A stretch of 59,218 nt of DNA from an uncultured Clostridia bacterium (GTDB lineage: Bacteria; Bacillota; Clostridia; Oscillospirales; CAG-272): positions 1-59,218 of the forward strand of contig CAMKAU010000004.1 in the NCBI GenBank assembly GCA_946410595.1, written 5' to 3'. Under the pieces are notes generated by a model. The model ran no database searches. It saw only the letters and a list, made by a program, of their open reading frames with translations, and was not told where the DNA came from. Below, piece after piece: positions 18,098 to 26,804 of the stretch (positions are counted from its first letter, which is position 1; each line of letters starts with the position of its first letter). A program made the translations under genes and the position numbers.

Positions 18098-18783
18098 GTC
18101 TTCCCTCCCGCGGGGAGACGAAGACCGTCGGCCTGCTGACCCGCGGCGCCCCGCTCCGGGAGCGGCTTTTTCCGCTTTTCTACGCCCTGATCCTCCCCGC
18201 CTATCTCCTTTTTTTCTTCTGGGTGGAAAAGACCGTGCCGCTGACCGGCTACTGGTCCTCCTACCTCCCGATCGACGGTAAGATCCCCTTTCTCGAGGGC
18301 TTCGTCGTCTTTTACTATCTCTGGTACGTGATGCTCGGGCTGACCGGGTTTTACCTCCTCTTTTTCGACGGCAGGGGCTTTGCCCGCTATATGATCTACA
18401 TCGGCGTGAGCTTCGGCCTTGCGATGGTGATCTGTCTTATCTTCCCGAACGGGCAGGATCTGCGGCCGGATCTGGCGTCGCTCGGGCGCGACAACGTCTG
18501 CATCCGTCTGCTCGCGGCGATCTACCGCGCCGACACGAACACCAACGTTCTCCCGAGCGTCCACGTGATCGGGACCTTTGCCGTCTTCTTCGGCGTGATC
18601 GAAAATGAAACGCTGAAAAAGAAAAAGGCGCTCGTCGCTCTGACGGCCGTCTGCGCGATCCTCGTATCTCTTTCAACCGTTTTCGTCAAGCAGCATTCTC
18701 TGCTCGACCTGCTCGTCGCCGTACCGTACAGCGTCCTTCTCTACCTGTTCTTTTACAAAGCTCTTTTCCGAAACAGAAAGTAA
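18094..18783 (+). CDS. PAP2-superfamily membrane lipid phosphatase/phosphotransferase
   Basis: LRP...NVLPSVHV...STVFVKQHSLLD motifs, multiple TM segments, ATGA overlap. Confidence 0.88.
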   Translation: MSLPSRGETKTVGLLTRGAPLRERLFPLFYALILPAYLLFFFWVEKTVPLTGYWSSYLPIDGKIPFLEGFVVFYYLWYVMLGLTGFYLLFFDGRGFARYMIYIGVSFGLAMVICLIFPNGQDLRPDLASLGRDNVCIRLLAAIYRADTNTNVLPSVHVIGTFAVFFGVIENETLKKKKALVALTAVCAILVSLSTVFVKQHSLLDLLVAVPYSVLLYLFFYKALFRNRK

Positions 18784-18789
18784 AAAAAC

Positions 18790-18827
18790 AAGCGTTCCCG
18801 CCCCCGCCGGCGGGAACGCTTCTTCTT
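18790..18827 (+). terminator. Rho-independent terminator
   Basis: AAGCGTTCCCGCC-cccgcc-GGCGGGAACGCTT followed by CTTCTT. Confidence 0.7.
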
Positions 18828-18854
18828 GCATTGAAAAAAGAAATATGATAGAAT
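18826..18854 (+). promoter_or_regulatory. sigmaA promoter of the alaX-tex unit
   Basis: TTGCAT-N17-TAGAAT with TG extension. Confidence 0.7.
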
Positions 18855-18883
18855 AGTATCATCAAACAGATAAGGATCCGATT

Positions 18884-20077
18884 ATGAACTTTACGACGAA
18901 AAAACGCTACGAAACCGACGGCTCGGTAACCGAGTTTTTTGCGACCGTCCTCTCCTGCGAGCGGGCGGGAGACGGGTACGACACGATCCTCTCGGAGACC
19001 GCCTTTTTCCCCGGCGGGGGCGGGCAGGAGGGGGACGAGGGAACGCTGGACGGCGTTCCCGTTACCGCGCTCACCGAGCGCGGGGAGGCGATCCTCCACC
19101 GCACCGACCGGCCCTTTCCCGTCGGGAGTACAGTATGCGGAAAGCTGAACGCCCTGCTGCGGCTCCGGCGGATGCAGGCGCACAGCGGGGAGCACGTCCT
19201 CTCGGGGCTGCTCCACTCCCTTTACGGCTCGGAGAACGTCGGCTTCCACCTCGGCGAGGGGGAAACCGTAACGATCGACACCTCCAAGCGCCTCACCGAC
19301 GCGGAGCTTACGCGCGCGGAATACGAAGCCAATCTTGCCGTGGCGGAAAACCGGCCGGTGAAGATCTCCTTCCCGGATCCCGAAACGCTGAAAACGCTCG
19401 TTTACCGCTCCAAAAAGGAACTGACCGGGCGGGTCCGGATCGTTACGATCGAGGGGGTGGACGTCTGCGCCTGCTGCGCGCCGCACGTCGCCCGAACCGG
19501 CGAGATCGGGCAGATCCGCATCCTCTCCCGCATGGCGTGGAAGGGGGGACTGCGGCTGACCGTTCTCTGCGGACTGGCCGCCTACGAGGACGCGAAACGG
19601 AAAACCGAGACCGTCAAAGCCCTCTCCGCGCTCCTCTCCGCCAAGCCGGAGGAGGTCGCCGACGCCGCGAAAAAGATGAAAGAGCGGCTCGACGAGGAAC
19701 TGAAAAAGGCCGCCCTGCGCGCCGCCGCCAAACGGGAGGAAACGCTCCGCGCCCTGCGGGAGCGGGAGCGGACGGAGGAGCCGGCCGTCCTCTGGGAGGA
19801 CGGGCTCTCCCGCAAGGATATGACCGAATACGCAAACGAGCTCTCAAAGAAGACCGGATCCCTTGCCGCGGTCCTCACAGAGGAAAACGGGAGGATCGCC
19901 TACACGGCGGCGTCCGCTGCGCTCGATATGAAAAAAATCGCGCCCCGGATCAACGAGGCGCTCTCCGGCTCCGGCGGAGGGAGCTCTTCGATGATCTTCG
20001 GCTCCGCCGAGACGACAAGAGAAAAAGCGGAGGCCTTTTTCCGCTCTTTTATCCCACAGGAAAACGACAAACGGTAA
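18884..20077 (+). CDS. Alanyl-tRNA editing protein (AlaX-L type)
   Basis: TAFFPGGGGQ, HSGEH (HxxxH), CCAPH (CxxxH), C-terminal DHHA1-like GSGGGS. Confidence 0.92.
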   Translation: MNFTTKKRYETDGSVTEFFATVLSCERAGDGYDTILSETAFFPGGGGQEGDEGTLDGVPVTALTERGEAILHRTDRPFPVGSTVCGKLNALLRLRRMQAHSGEHVLSGLLHSLYGSENVGFHLGEGETVTIDTSKRLTDAELTRAEYEANLAVAENRPVKISFPDPETLKTLVYRSKKELTGRVRIVTIEGVDVCACCAPHVARTGEIGQIRILSRMAWKGGLRLTVLCGLAAYEDAKRKTETVKALSALLSAKPEEVADAAKKMKERLDEELKKAALRAAAKREETLRALRERERTEEPAVLWEDGLSRKDMTEYANELSKKTGSLAAVLTEENGRIAYTAASAALDMKKIAPRINEALSGSGGGSSSMIFGSAETTREKAEAFFRSFIPQENDKR

Positions 20078-20096
20078 GACCGCAACAGGAGGAACC

Positions 20097-22256
20097 ATGA
20101 ATATCGTCCAAACCATCGCGACCGAACTGAAGGTAAAGGAGGGGCAGGTCGAGGCCGCCGTCCGGCTGATCGACGAGGGGAACACCATCCCCTTTATCGC
20201 CCGTTACCGCAAGGAAGCGACCGGCTCTCTCACCGATACCGAGCTGCGCGCGCTCTCCGAGCGGCTCTCCTATCTGCGCGGGCTGGAGGAAGCGAAGGAA
20301 AAAGCGAGAAACACGATCGAGGAACAGGGCAAGCTGACCGAGGAGATCGCCGCCGCCCTCGAAAACGCCAAAACGATGACCGAGGTGGAGGATATCTACC
20401 GCCCCTTCCGCCCGAAGCGCCGGACCCGCGCGACGGTCGCAAAAGAAAAAGGCCTGGAGCCGCTGGCGCTGATAATCCTCGCGCAGGATCCGAAGACCGA
20501 TCCCAAAAAAGAGGCGGCGGCGTTCGTCGATCCCGAAAAAGGGGTGGAAACGCCGGAGGACGCGCTCTCGGGCGCTTCCGATATCCTGGCGGAAACGATC
20601 TCCGACGACGCCGAGATCCGGCGCCGCCTGCGCTACGTCTGCAAGATGAACGGCAAGCTCGTCTCCAAAAAGACGGGCGAGGACGCCGGCGTTTACGAAA
20701 ACTACGCCGATTACAGCGAACAGCTCACCCGCATCCCCGGGCATCGGCTCCTCGCCATCAACCGCGGCGAGCGGGAGGGGGCGCTGAAGGTCACGGTCGA
20801 TTTCGACCGGCTGAAGGCGGAAACCATTCTTTTCTCCGCCTTTGTGAAAAACGAAAGTCCCTGCGGGCAGCTCGTGGCGGCCGCCGCACGGGACGCCTAC
20901 GATCGGCTGATCTTCCCCTCGATCGAGCGGGAGATCCGCGGCGAAAAGACCGACGAGGCGGACGAGGCCGCGATCCGGGTGTTCGCGCTCAACCTCCGGC
21001 AGCTTCTCATGCAGCCGCCGCTGCGCGGCAGGACGGCGCTGGGGCTCGATCCCGGCTACCGCACCGGCTGCAAGGTGGCGGTCGTCGATCCGACGGGCAA
21101 GGTGCTGGATACCGGCGTGATCTACCCCGTCCCCCCGCACATGCGCCTGGAGGAAGCGAGACGGACCGTCCTCTCGCTGGCAAAAAAACACAAGGTCGAC
21201 GTGATGGCGATCGGCAACGGCACCGCCTCCCACGAAACGGAGGAGTTTGCCGCTTCCCTGCTCCCCGAGCTGCCCGGCGTCTCCTATATGGTCGTCAGCG
21301 AGGCGGGCGCCTCCGTCTACTCCGCGTCCGAGCTCGGTGCAAAGGAGTTCCCGCAGTACGACGTTTCCCTGCGCAGCGCCGTCTCGATCGCGCGGCGGCT
21401 GCAGGATCCGCTCGCGGAGCTGGTCAAGATCGACCCGAAGTCGATCGGCGTGGGGCAGTATCAGCACGATATGCCGGAAAAGGAGCTGTCCGCCGCGCTC
21501 GACGGCGTGGTCGAGGACTGCGTCAACGCGGTCGGGGCGGATCTGAACACCGCCTCCGCTCCCCTGCTCTCCCATATCGCGGGGCTCGGTCCCGCGCTGG
21601 CCGCCGGCGTCGTTTCCTACCGCACGGAGAACGGAGCGTTCTCCTCCCGCGCGGCGCTGAAAAAGGTCCCCAAGCTCGGGCCGAAGGCGTTTTTGCAGTG
21701 CGCCGGCTTTTTGCGCGTGCACGGCGGCCGGGAGCCGCTGGACGCGACCGCCGTCCATCCCGAAAGCTACGACGCCGCGCGCGCCCTGCTCGAACGCTTC
21801 GGCTATTCCCCGAAGGACGCGGCAAAGGGGCTCTCCGCTCTGCCGGAACAGGCCGCGGGTTACGGGCTTGAAAAGTTGGCGGCGGAGCTCGGGATCGGTC
21901 TCCCCACCCTGCGGGACATCGTCGACGCGCTCTCAAAGCCGGGGCTTGACCCGCGCGACAGTCTGCCCGCGCCGATGCTCCGGCACGACGTTCTCTCCAT
22001 CGACAGTCTCGTTCCCGGTATGGAACTGACCGGCACGGTACGAAACCTCGTCGACTTCGGCGCTTTCGTCGATATCGGCGTGCATCAGGACGGGCTCGTC
22101 CATATCTCCCGGATCGCCGGGCGGCGGATCAACCATCCGACCGAGGTCCTCTCGGTCGGCGATATCGTAACCGTCTGGGTGCTCGACGTTGACAAGACGC
22201 GCGGGCGTATCTCCCTGACGATGCAGAAACCGAAAGAAGGAGGAAACGAAAAGTGA
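20097..22256 (+). CDS. tex: Tex family RNA-binding transcriptional accessory protein
   Basis: GNTIPFIARYRKEATG, GLDPGYRTGCK, ARRLQDPLAELVKIDPKSIGVGQYQHD, C-terminal S1 domain. Confidence 0.96.
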   Translation: MNIVQTIATELKVKEGQVEAAVRLIDEGNTIPFIARYRKEATGSLTDTELRALSERLSYLRGLEEAKEKARNTIEEQGKLTEEIAAALENAKTMTEVEDIYRPFRPKRRTRATVAKEKGLEPLALIILAQDPKTDPKKEAAAFVDPEKGVETPEDALSGASDILAETISDDAEIRRRLRYVCKMNGKLVSKKTGEDAGVYENYADYSEQLTRIPGHRLLAINRGEREGALKVTVDFDRLKAETILFSAFVKNESPCGQLVAAAARDAYDRLIFPSIEREIRGEKTDEADEAAIRVFALNLRQLLMQPPLRGRTALGLDPGYRTGCKVAVVDPTGKVLDTGVIYPVPPHMRLEEARRTVLSLAKKHKVDVMAIGNGTASHETEEFAASLLPELPGVSYMVVSEAGASVYSASELGAKEFPQYDVSLRSAVSIARRLQDPLAELVKIDPKSIGVGQYQHDMPEKELSAALDGVVEDCVNAVGADLNTASAPLLSHIAGLGPALAAGVVSYRTENGAFSSRAALKKVPKLGPKAFLQCAGFLRVHGGREPLDATAVHPESYDAARALLERFGYSPKDAAKGLSALPEQAAGYGLEKLAAELGIGLPTLRDIVDALSKPGLDPRDSLPAPMLRHDVLSIDSLVPGMELTGTVRNLVDFGAFVDIGVHQDGLVHISRIAGRRINHPTEVLSVGDIVTVWVLDVDKTRGRISLTMQKPKEGGNEK

Positions 22257-22762
22257 ATGAAGACAAACTGACGAAAAGCGGGCTCTCCCCGCGCGAAGAG
22301 AAGGCGCTCTCCCTTTTTGCCGCCGGCTATAACTGCGCGCAGGCGGTGTTCGCGGCGTTCGCGGACCTCACCGATCTCGGGGAAAAAGACGCCCTGCGGA
22401 TCGCCTCCTCCTTCGGCGGCGGGATCGCCCGCCAGCGCGAGACCTGCGGGAGCGTTTCCGCCGCGGCGCTGACGCTCGGATACCTGTTTGGCTACGATCA
22501 GCCGGACCGGGAGCTTTGCCGGGCGCATTACGCGCGAGTCTCCGAGTTCTGCAACCGCTTCCGGGAGGCAAACGGCTCCCTCAACTGCGCCGAGCTGCTC
22601 TCCCTCACGGCAAAAAAGGTGGCAAGCGACCGCGCCGACGCCGCCCCCACCCCGCGCTCGCCCGATTTTTACACCAAGCGCCCCTGCGCCCGGCTGGTTC
22701 TCTCCGCGGTGGAGATCCTCGAGGCGATGCTCCGCGAAGACGGGACAGAAAACGCAGAGTAA
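22253..22762 (+). CDS. C_GCAxxG_C_C family putative redox-active protein
   Basis: GYNCAQAV, FGGG...TCGSV, LNCAEL, PCARLV. Confidence 0.88.
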   Translation: MNEDKLTKSGLSPREEKALSLFAAGYNCAQAVFAAFADLTDLGEKDALRIASSFGGGIARQRETCGSVSAAALTLGYLFGYDQPDRELCRAHYARVSEFCNRFREANGSLNCAELLSLTAKKVASDRADAAPTPRSPDFYTKRPCARLVLSAVEILEAMLREDGTENAE

Positions 22763-22820
22763 AAAAAGGAAACCTTTCTTCTCCGGCGTATAAACGGATG
22801 AAACGACTGCAAAGGAGTTT

Positions 22821-24104
22821 ATGATGAAACGATCTGCCGCTCTTTTTCTTGCCCTGCTCTTTCTCGCGCTGCCTCTTTTCTCCGGCTGCGGGACGGCCCT
22901 GCCCGCGGAAACAGGCGAAGCCGACAGCGGCGCCGCCGCCGTTCCCACCGCCCGCCCGCTCGGCGGCGGGGAGGACGCGCCGCGCGGCGTGATAAGCGAG
23001 GCGTTTGTCCAAAGTCAGGCGGAGATGGCGCTTTCCCTCTTTTCCGAGGTGTACCGCGCCGATCCGAAAAGCGTTCTCCTCTCCCCGCTCTCCGTCTCGC
23101 TCGCTCTGGCGATGACCGCGAACGGCGCGAAAGGGGAAACGAAGGAGGAGCTGGAGCGTTTCCTCGCCGGCGGCGGGGAGATCGGCGCCTTCAACGAACA
23201 GCTCTATACCTACGTGACCTCTCTCTCCGGCAGCGAGGACGCGCGTCTCAAAGCCGCCGACTCGATCTGGTATAACGGATCGCTCATCACCCCCGCGCCC
23301 TCCTTCCTCGATCTGGTAAGGACCTATTACGCCGCCGAGGTGCGCGAGCTGGATCTCGCCCGCCCGGAAGCCGCCGACGCGATCAACGGCTGGGTAAAGG
23401 AAAAGACCGACGAGATGATCCCGGAGATCCTCTCGGAGAAAGATCTCGGCCCCACCGCCGCGATGGTACTGGTCAACGCCCTCGCCTTTGAAGCGAAATG
23501 GAAAAAACCCGCCGAAACGACCCGCGATATGACCTTTACCGACGAAGCGGGAAAAACGAAAACGCTTCCCTTCTTCTCGAGCCGGGAAAACGCCTATATC
23601 CGGGGGGAAAAGGAGACCGGCTTTATCAAGCCCTACGCCGGCGGGACCTTCGCTTTTCTCGCGCTGCTCCCGGACGAGGGGATCTCCCTCTCCGACTACC
23701 TCGCCTCCCTTGACGGGGAGCGCTATCTCGCGCTCGTCAACGGCTCCGAAGATCGCGCGGTCGACGTTACGATTCCGGAGTTTTCCACCGAGTTCGGCTG
23801 CGACCTTGCCGAAACCCTCCCCGCCCTCGGCGTGAAGACCGTCTTCGGCGGCAACGCCGACCTTTCCGCCCTTTCCGCCGACGGAAAACAGGATTTCTCC
23901 GTTTCCAAAGTTCTGCACAAAACGCGGATCGATATGACCAAGGACGGAACGAAAGCCGCCGCCGCGACCGCGGTGGTTTTGGTCAAAAACGCGGCGCCCT
24001 CCCCCGAGAAAGTCCCCTCCGTCGTCCTCGACCGGCCGTTTTGCTATGCGATCATCGACACCGCGACCGGTCTGCCGATCTTCTTCGGCTGCTATGAAGG
24101 ATGA
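22821..24104 (+). CDS. Serpin family lipoprotein 1
   Basis: Lipobox FSGC; SPLSVSLALAM, INGWVKEKTDEMI, LVNALAFEAKW; hinge GTKAAAAT; LDRPF. Confidence 0.95.
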   Translation: MMKRSAALFLALLFLALPLFSGCGTALPAETGEADSGAAAVPTARPLGGGEDAPRGVISEAFVQSQAEMALSLFSEVYRADPKSVLLSPLSVSLALAMTANGAKGETKEELERFLAGGGEIGAFNEQLYTYVTSLSGSEDARLKAADSIWYNGSLITPAPSFLDLVRTYYAAEVRELDLARPEAADAINGWVKEKTDEMIPEILSEKDLGPTAAMVLVNALAFEAKWKKPAETTRDMTFTDEAGKTKTLPFFSSRENAYIRGEKETGFIKPYAGGTFAFLALLPDEGISLSDYLASLDGERYLALVNGSEDRAVDVTIPEFSTEFGCDLAETLPALGVKTVFGGNADLSALSADGKQDFSVSKVLHKTRIDMTKDGTKAAAATAVVLVKNAAPSPEKVPSVVLDRPFCYAIIDTATGLPIFFGCYEG

Positions 24105-25494
24105 AAAAATGTCACCTGACAGGAGATTTTCCTGCCGCGGCGTATAATAGGAAAACCAGAAAAGGAGAACTCCGATGAAAAAACTTGCTTCTCTTTTGCT
24201 CGCGCTCGTCTTCCTCGCTCTGCCTCTTCTTTCCGCCTGCCAAAGCGCGTCTCCGGCGGAGACGGCGCCCGCGACCGACCCCGTTACGGCGGCGCCGGAA
24301 ACCAACCGTCCGGATGACGAAAGCAAAGCGACCGGGCAGCCGATCGTGAACCCCGTTCAGCCGAAGACCGGCACCCTCTCCGAGGAGTTCGTCCGGGGAG
24401 AAGCGGCGTTCGCTCTTGACCTCTACCGGAAGTTCTATCAGAAAAACGGGAAAAACGCGCTCGTTTCCCCGCTCTCCGTTTCGGTCGCGCTCGCGATGGC
24501 CGCAAACGGCGCGAAGGGGGAAACGAAAACGCAGCTTGAAAAACTTCTCTGCGCCGGAATGGACGCGGACGCCCTCAACACCCAGCTCTACGCCTATATC
24601 ACCTCGCTTGCAAACAGCGAAAGAGCGACGCTCAAGGCCGCCGACTCCGCCTGGTACGCGGAAGACGTACTAACGCCGGACGAAGCGTACCTCAACCTCC
24701 TTGACGCGTATTACGCGGCGGAGGTAAGGAAGATCGACCGTTCTCTCGCCAAACCGGAACAGCCGGTCAACGACTGGGTCAAGGAAAAAACCGACGAAAT
24801 GATCCCCTCGATCCTCCCGGACGGCGCGATCGACGAGTACACGGCGATGATCCTCGTGAACGCGCTCTCCTTTATCGCGGAGTGGCAGCATAAGGGAATG
24901 ACGACGTGGGACAAACCGTTTACCGGCTCCGACGGGAAGGAAAAAACGCTTCCCTTCTTCTCGTCCGAGGAATACGGCTATATCAAAGGGGAACGCGAGG
25001 TCGGCTTTGTCAAGCGGTACTCCGGCGGGACCTACGCCTTCCTCGCTCTGCTGCCCAACGAAGGGACGAAGATCGCCGACTATATCGCCTCCCTCGACGG
25101 GGAAAAGTACCTCACGCTCGTCAACAGCGCCGAGGAGCGGAAGGTCATTACCGTGATGCCGGAGTTCACGACCGACAGCTCCGCCTCGCTCGTTGATCTC
25201 CTCAAATCCCTCGGCGTAACGGACGTTTTTGACAGAGACAAGGCGGATCTCACCGGGATCGGAACGACGAAAGAGGGGTATCGCCTCTACGTCTCCGACG
25301 TCCTGCACAAAACGCATATCGAGGTAACGAAGGACGGAACGAAAGCCGCCGCCGCGACCGCGGTCATCATGCCGGCGGCGAGCGCCATGCCGGTCGAAGA
25401 GCCGCCGCGCGTCGTCCTTGACCGGCCGTTTTGCTACGCGATCATCGACACCGCGACCGGTCTGCCGATCTTCTTCGGCTGCTACGAGGGATAA
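23940..25494 (+). repeat. Near-identical direct repeats flanking both serpin reactive-centre loops
   Basis: 23940-23974 equals 25330-25364 (35 bp identical); 24021-24104 vs 25411-25494 differ at 5 of 84 positions. Confidence 0.9.
24175..25494 (+). CDS. Serpin family lipoprotein 2
   Basis: Lipobox LSAC; same serpin motifs; hinge GTKAAAAT; LDRPF. Confidence 0.95.
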   Translation: MKKLASLLLALVFLALPLLSACQSASPAETAPATDPVTAAPETNRPDDESKATGQPIVNPVQPKTGTLSEEFVRGEAAFALDLYRKFYQKNGKNALVSPLSVSVALAMAANGAKGETKTQLEKLLCAGMDADALNTQLYAYITSLANSERATLKAADSAWYAEDVLTPDEAYLNLLDAYYAAEVRKIDRSLAKPEQPVNDWVKEKTDEMIPSILPDGAIDEYTAMILVNALSFIAEWQHKGMTTWDKPFTGSDGKEKTLPFFSSEEYGYIKGEREVGFVKRYSGGTYAFLALLPNEGTKIADYIASLDGEKYLTLVNSAEERKVITVMPEFTTDSSASLVDLLKSLGVTDVFDRDKADLTGIGTTKEGYRLYVSDVLHKTHIEVTKDGTKAAAATAVIMPAASAMPVEEPPRVVLDRPFCYAIIDTATGLPIFFGCYEG

Positions 25495-25497
25495 CGC

Positions 25498-26127
25498 ATG
25501 AAGCGGTTTGCCTGTTTCCTTGCCGCGCTGCTGCTCGCGGCGCTCCTTCTCTCCTCCTGCCAGAGCGCGTCCCCCGCGGAGACGGCGCCGGCCGGAGAGG
25601 AGACCGCGCCGGACGGAAAACCGCTCGGCGAGCGGGTCGAGCCGAAGACCGCCCCGGGGGCGCTTTCCGATACGACGCTGGAGTTCTGGATCTGCGAGGA
25701 CGTGGAACACTTTGATTTTTCCGCTTACACGCCGCGCTTCGGTATCATCGGCGGCAAGGAATACTACGGAACGGGATACGCCCCGACCTCGGAGGGGGAC
25801 GACCCCGAGCGCTATGTCGTCTACACCGTCACGCGCTGGCCGGACTACGCGGATCCCGGCGCCTTTGTGACCCGGATCACCGTGACCGACCCCGCCGTGC
25901 GGATCGGAGGGATCACGACCGCCTCCTCGCCCGATGAGTTCCGGGCGGCGATGGAAGGGGCCGGGCTCACCGTCGCGGACGGAGAGGCGCTCTCGGATCT
26001 GCTCGACTTTTCCCTGACCGCGACGGCGGACGCCTATTGGATCTCCTTCTCCCGGGCGCGCGGCGCCGCCTCCGGCACGATCCGGATCGTCGCCCCGGTC
26101 GAAAACCGCGAGGGGATCATCTATTGA
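25498..26127 (+). CDS. Hypothetical lipoprotein with serpin-like leader
   Basis: Lipobox LSSC followed by QSASPAETAPA, identical to serpin 2; the remainder is unrelated. 3-nt gap to serpin 2. Confidence 0.8.
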   Translation: MKRFACFLAALLLAALLLSSCQSASPAETAPAGEETAPDGKPLGERVEPKTAPGALSDTTLEFWICEDVEHFDFSAYTPRFGIIGGKEYYGTGYAPTSEGDDPERYVVYTVTRWPDYADPGAFVTRITVTDPAVRIGGITTASSPDEFRAAMEGAGLTVADGEALSDLLDFSLTATADAYWISFSRARGAASGTIRIVAPVENREGIIY

Positions 26128-26167
26128 AAAAAGCCCGGCAGAGCGTTTGCTCTGCCGGGCTTTTTTT
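26127..26167. terminator. Bidirectional rho-independent terminator
   Basis: AAAAAAGCCCGGCAGAGC-gttt-GCTCTGCCGGGCTTTTTTT between convergent genes. Confidence 0.9.
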
Positions 26168-26172
26168 CGTTT

Positions 26173-26772
26173 TCAGAAGGCGCGGCGGATGGCGGCGAGG
26201 AGCTCGCCGTAGGTCTCGCAGGTGGGGATATCCGGGTTTTCCGCCTTGATCTTATCGGTGCTGCAGAAGAGAAAACCCGCCTTGCTTGCCCGGATCATCG
26301 GGAGGTCGTTGTAGCTGTCGCCGGAGGCGATCGTCTCATACCCCATCGTATGGAGCGCGCGGACGGTGGTCAGCTTGGTGTTCTCCACCCGCATCCGGTA
26401 GCCGGTGATCGCGCCGTTTTCCGCCACCTCGAGGGTGTTGCAGAAGATGGTGGGCATCCCGAGTTTTTTCATCAGCGGAGCGGCGAACTGCTCGAAGGTA
26501 TCGCTGATGATCACAGTCTGCGAAAAGGAGCGCAGCTCGTCGAGAAAATCCTTTGCGCCGGGGAGGGGGTCGATCGTTTCGATCACGTGGGCAATCTCTG
26601 GCAGTCCGAGCCCGCGCTCCCGCAGAACGTCGAGACGCCAGCGCATCAGTTTGTCGTAATCCGGTTCCTCGCGGGTGGTGCGGGTGAGCTCGGGGATCCC
26701 GCTCGCCTCGGCGAACGCGATCCAGATCTCCGGGACAAGGACTCCTTCCAGGTCAAGGCAGGTAATCGTCAT
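26173..26772 (-). CDS. thrH: Bifunctional phosphoserine phosphatase/homoserine phosphotransferase
   Basis: CLDLEGVLVPEIW, TTREEPDYDKLM, SDTF, GDSYND (HAD motifs). Start at ATG 26772. Confidence 0.95.
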   Translation of the reverse strand: MTITCLDLEGVLVPEIWIAFAEASGIPELTRTTREEPDYDKLMRWRLDVLRERGLGLPEIAHVIETIDPLPGAKDFLDELRSFSQTVIISDTFEQFAAPLMKKLGMPTIFCNTLEVAENGAITGYRMRVENTKLTTVRALHTMGYETIASGDSYNDLPMIRASKAGFLFCSTDKIKAENPDIPTCETYGELLAAIRRAF

Positions 26773-26804
26773 AGTGGTTTCTGTTTCCTTTCTGTGCGTA
26801 TCTC

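Noticed and set aside
23940-25494. Serpin repeats as a diversity-generating retroelement TR/VR pair
   Set aside because: No reverse transcriptase in the window, both copies are coding, and the differences are not adenine-specific.
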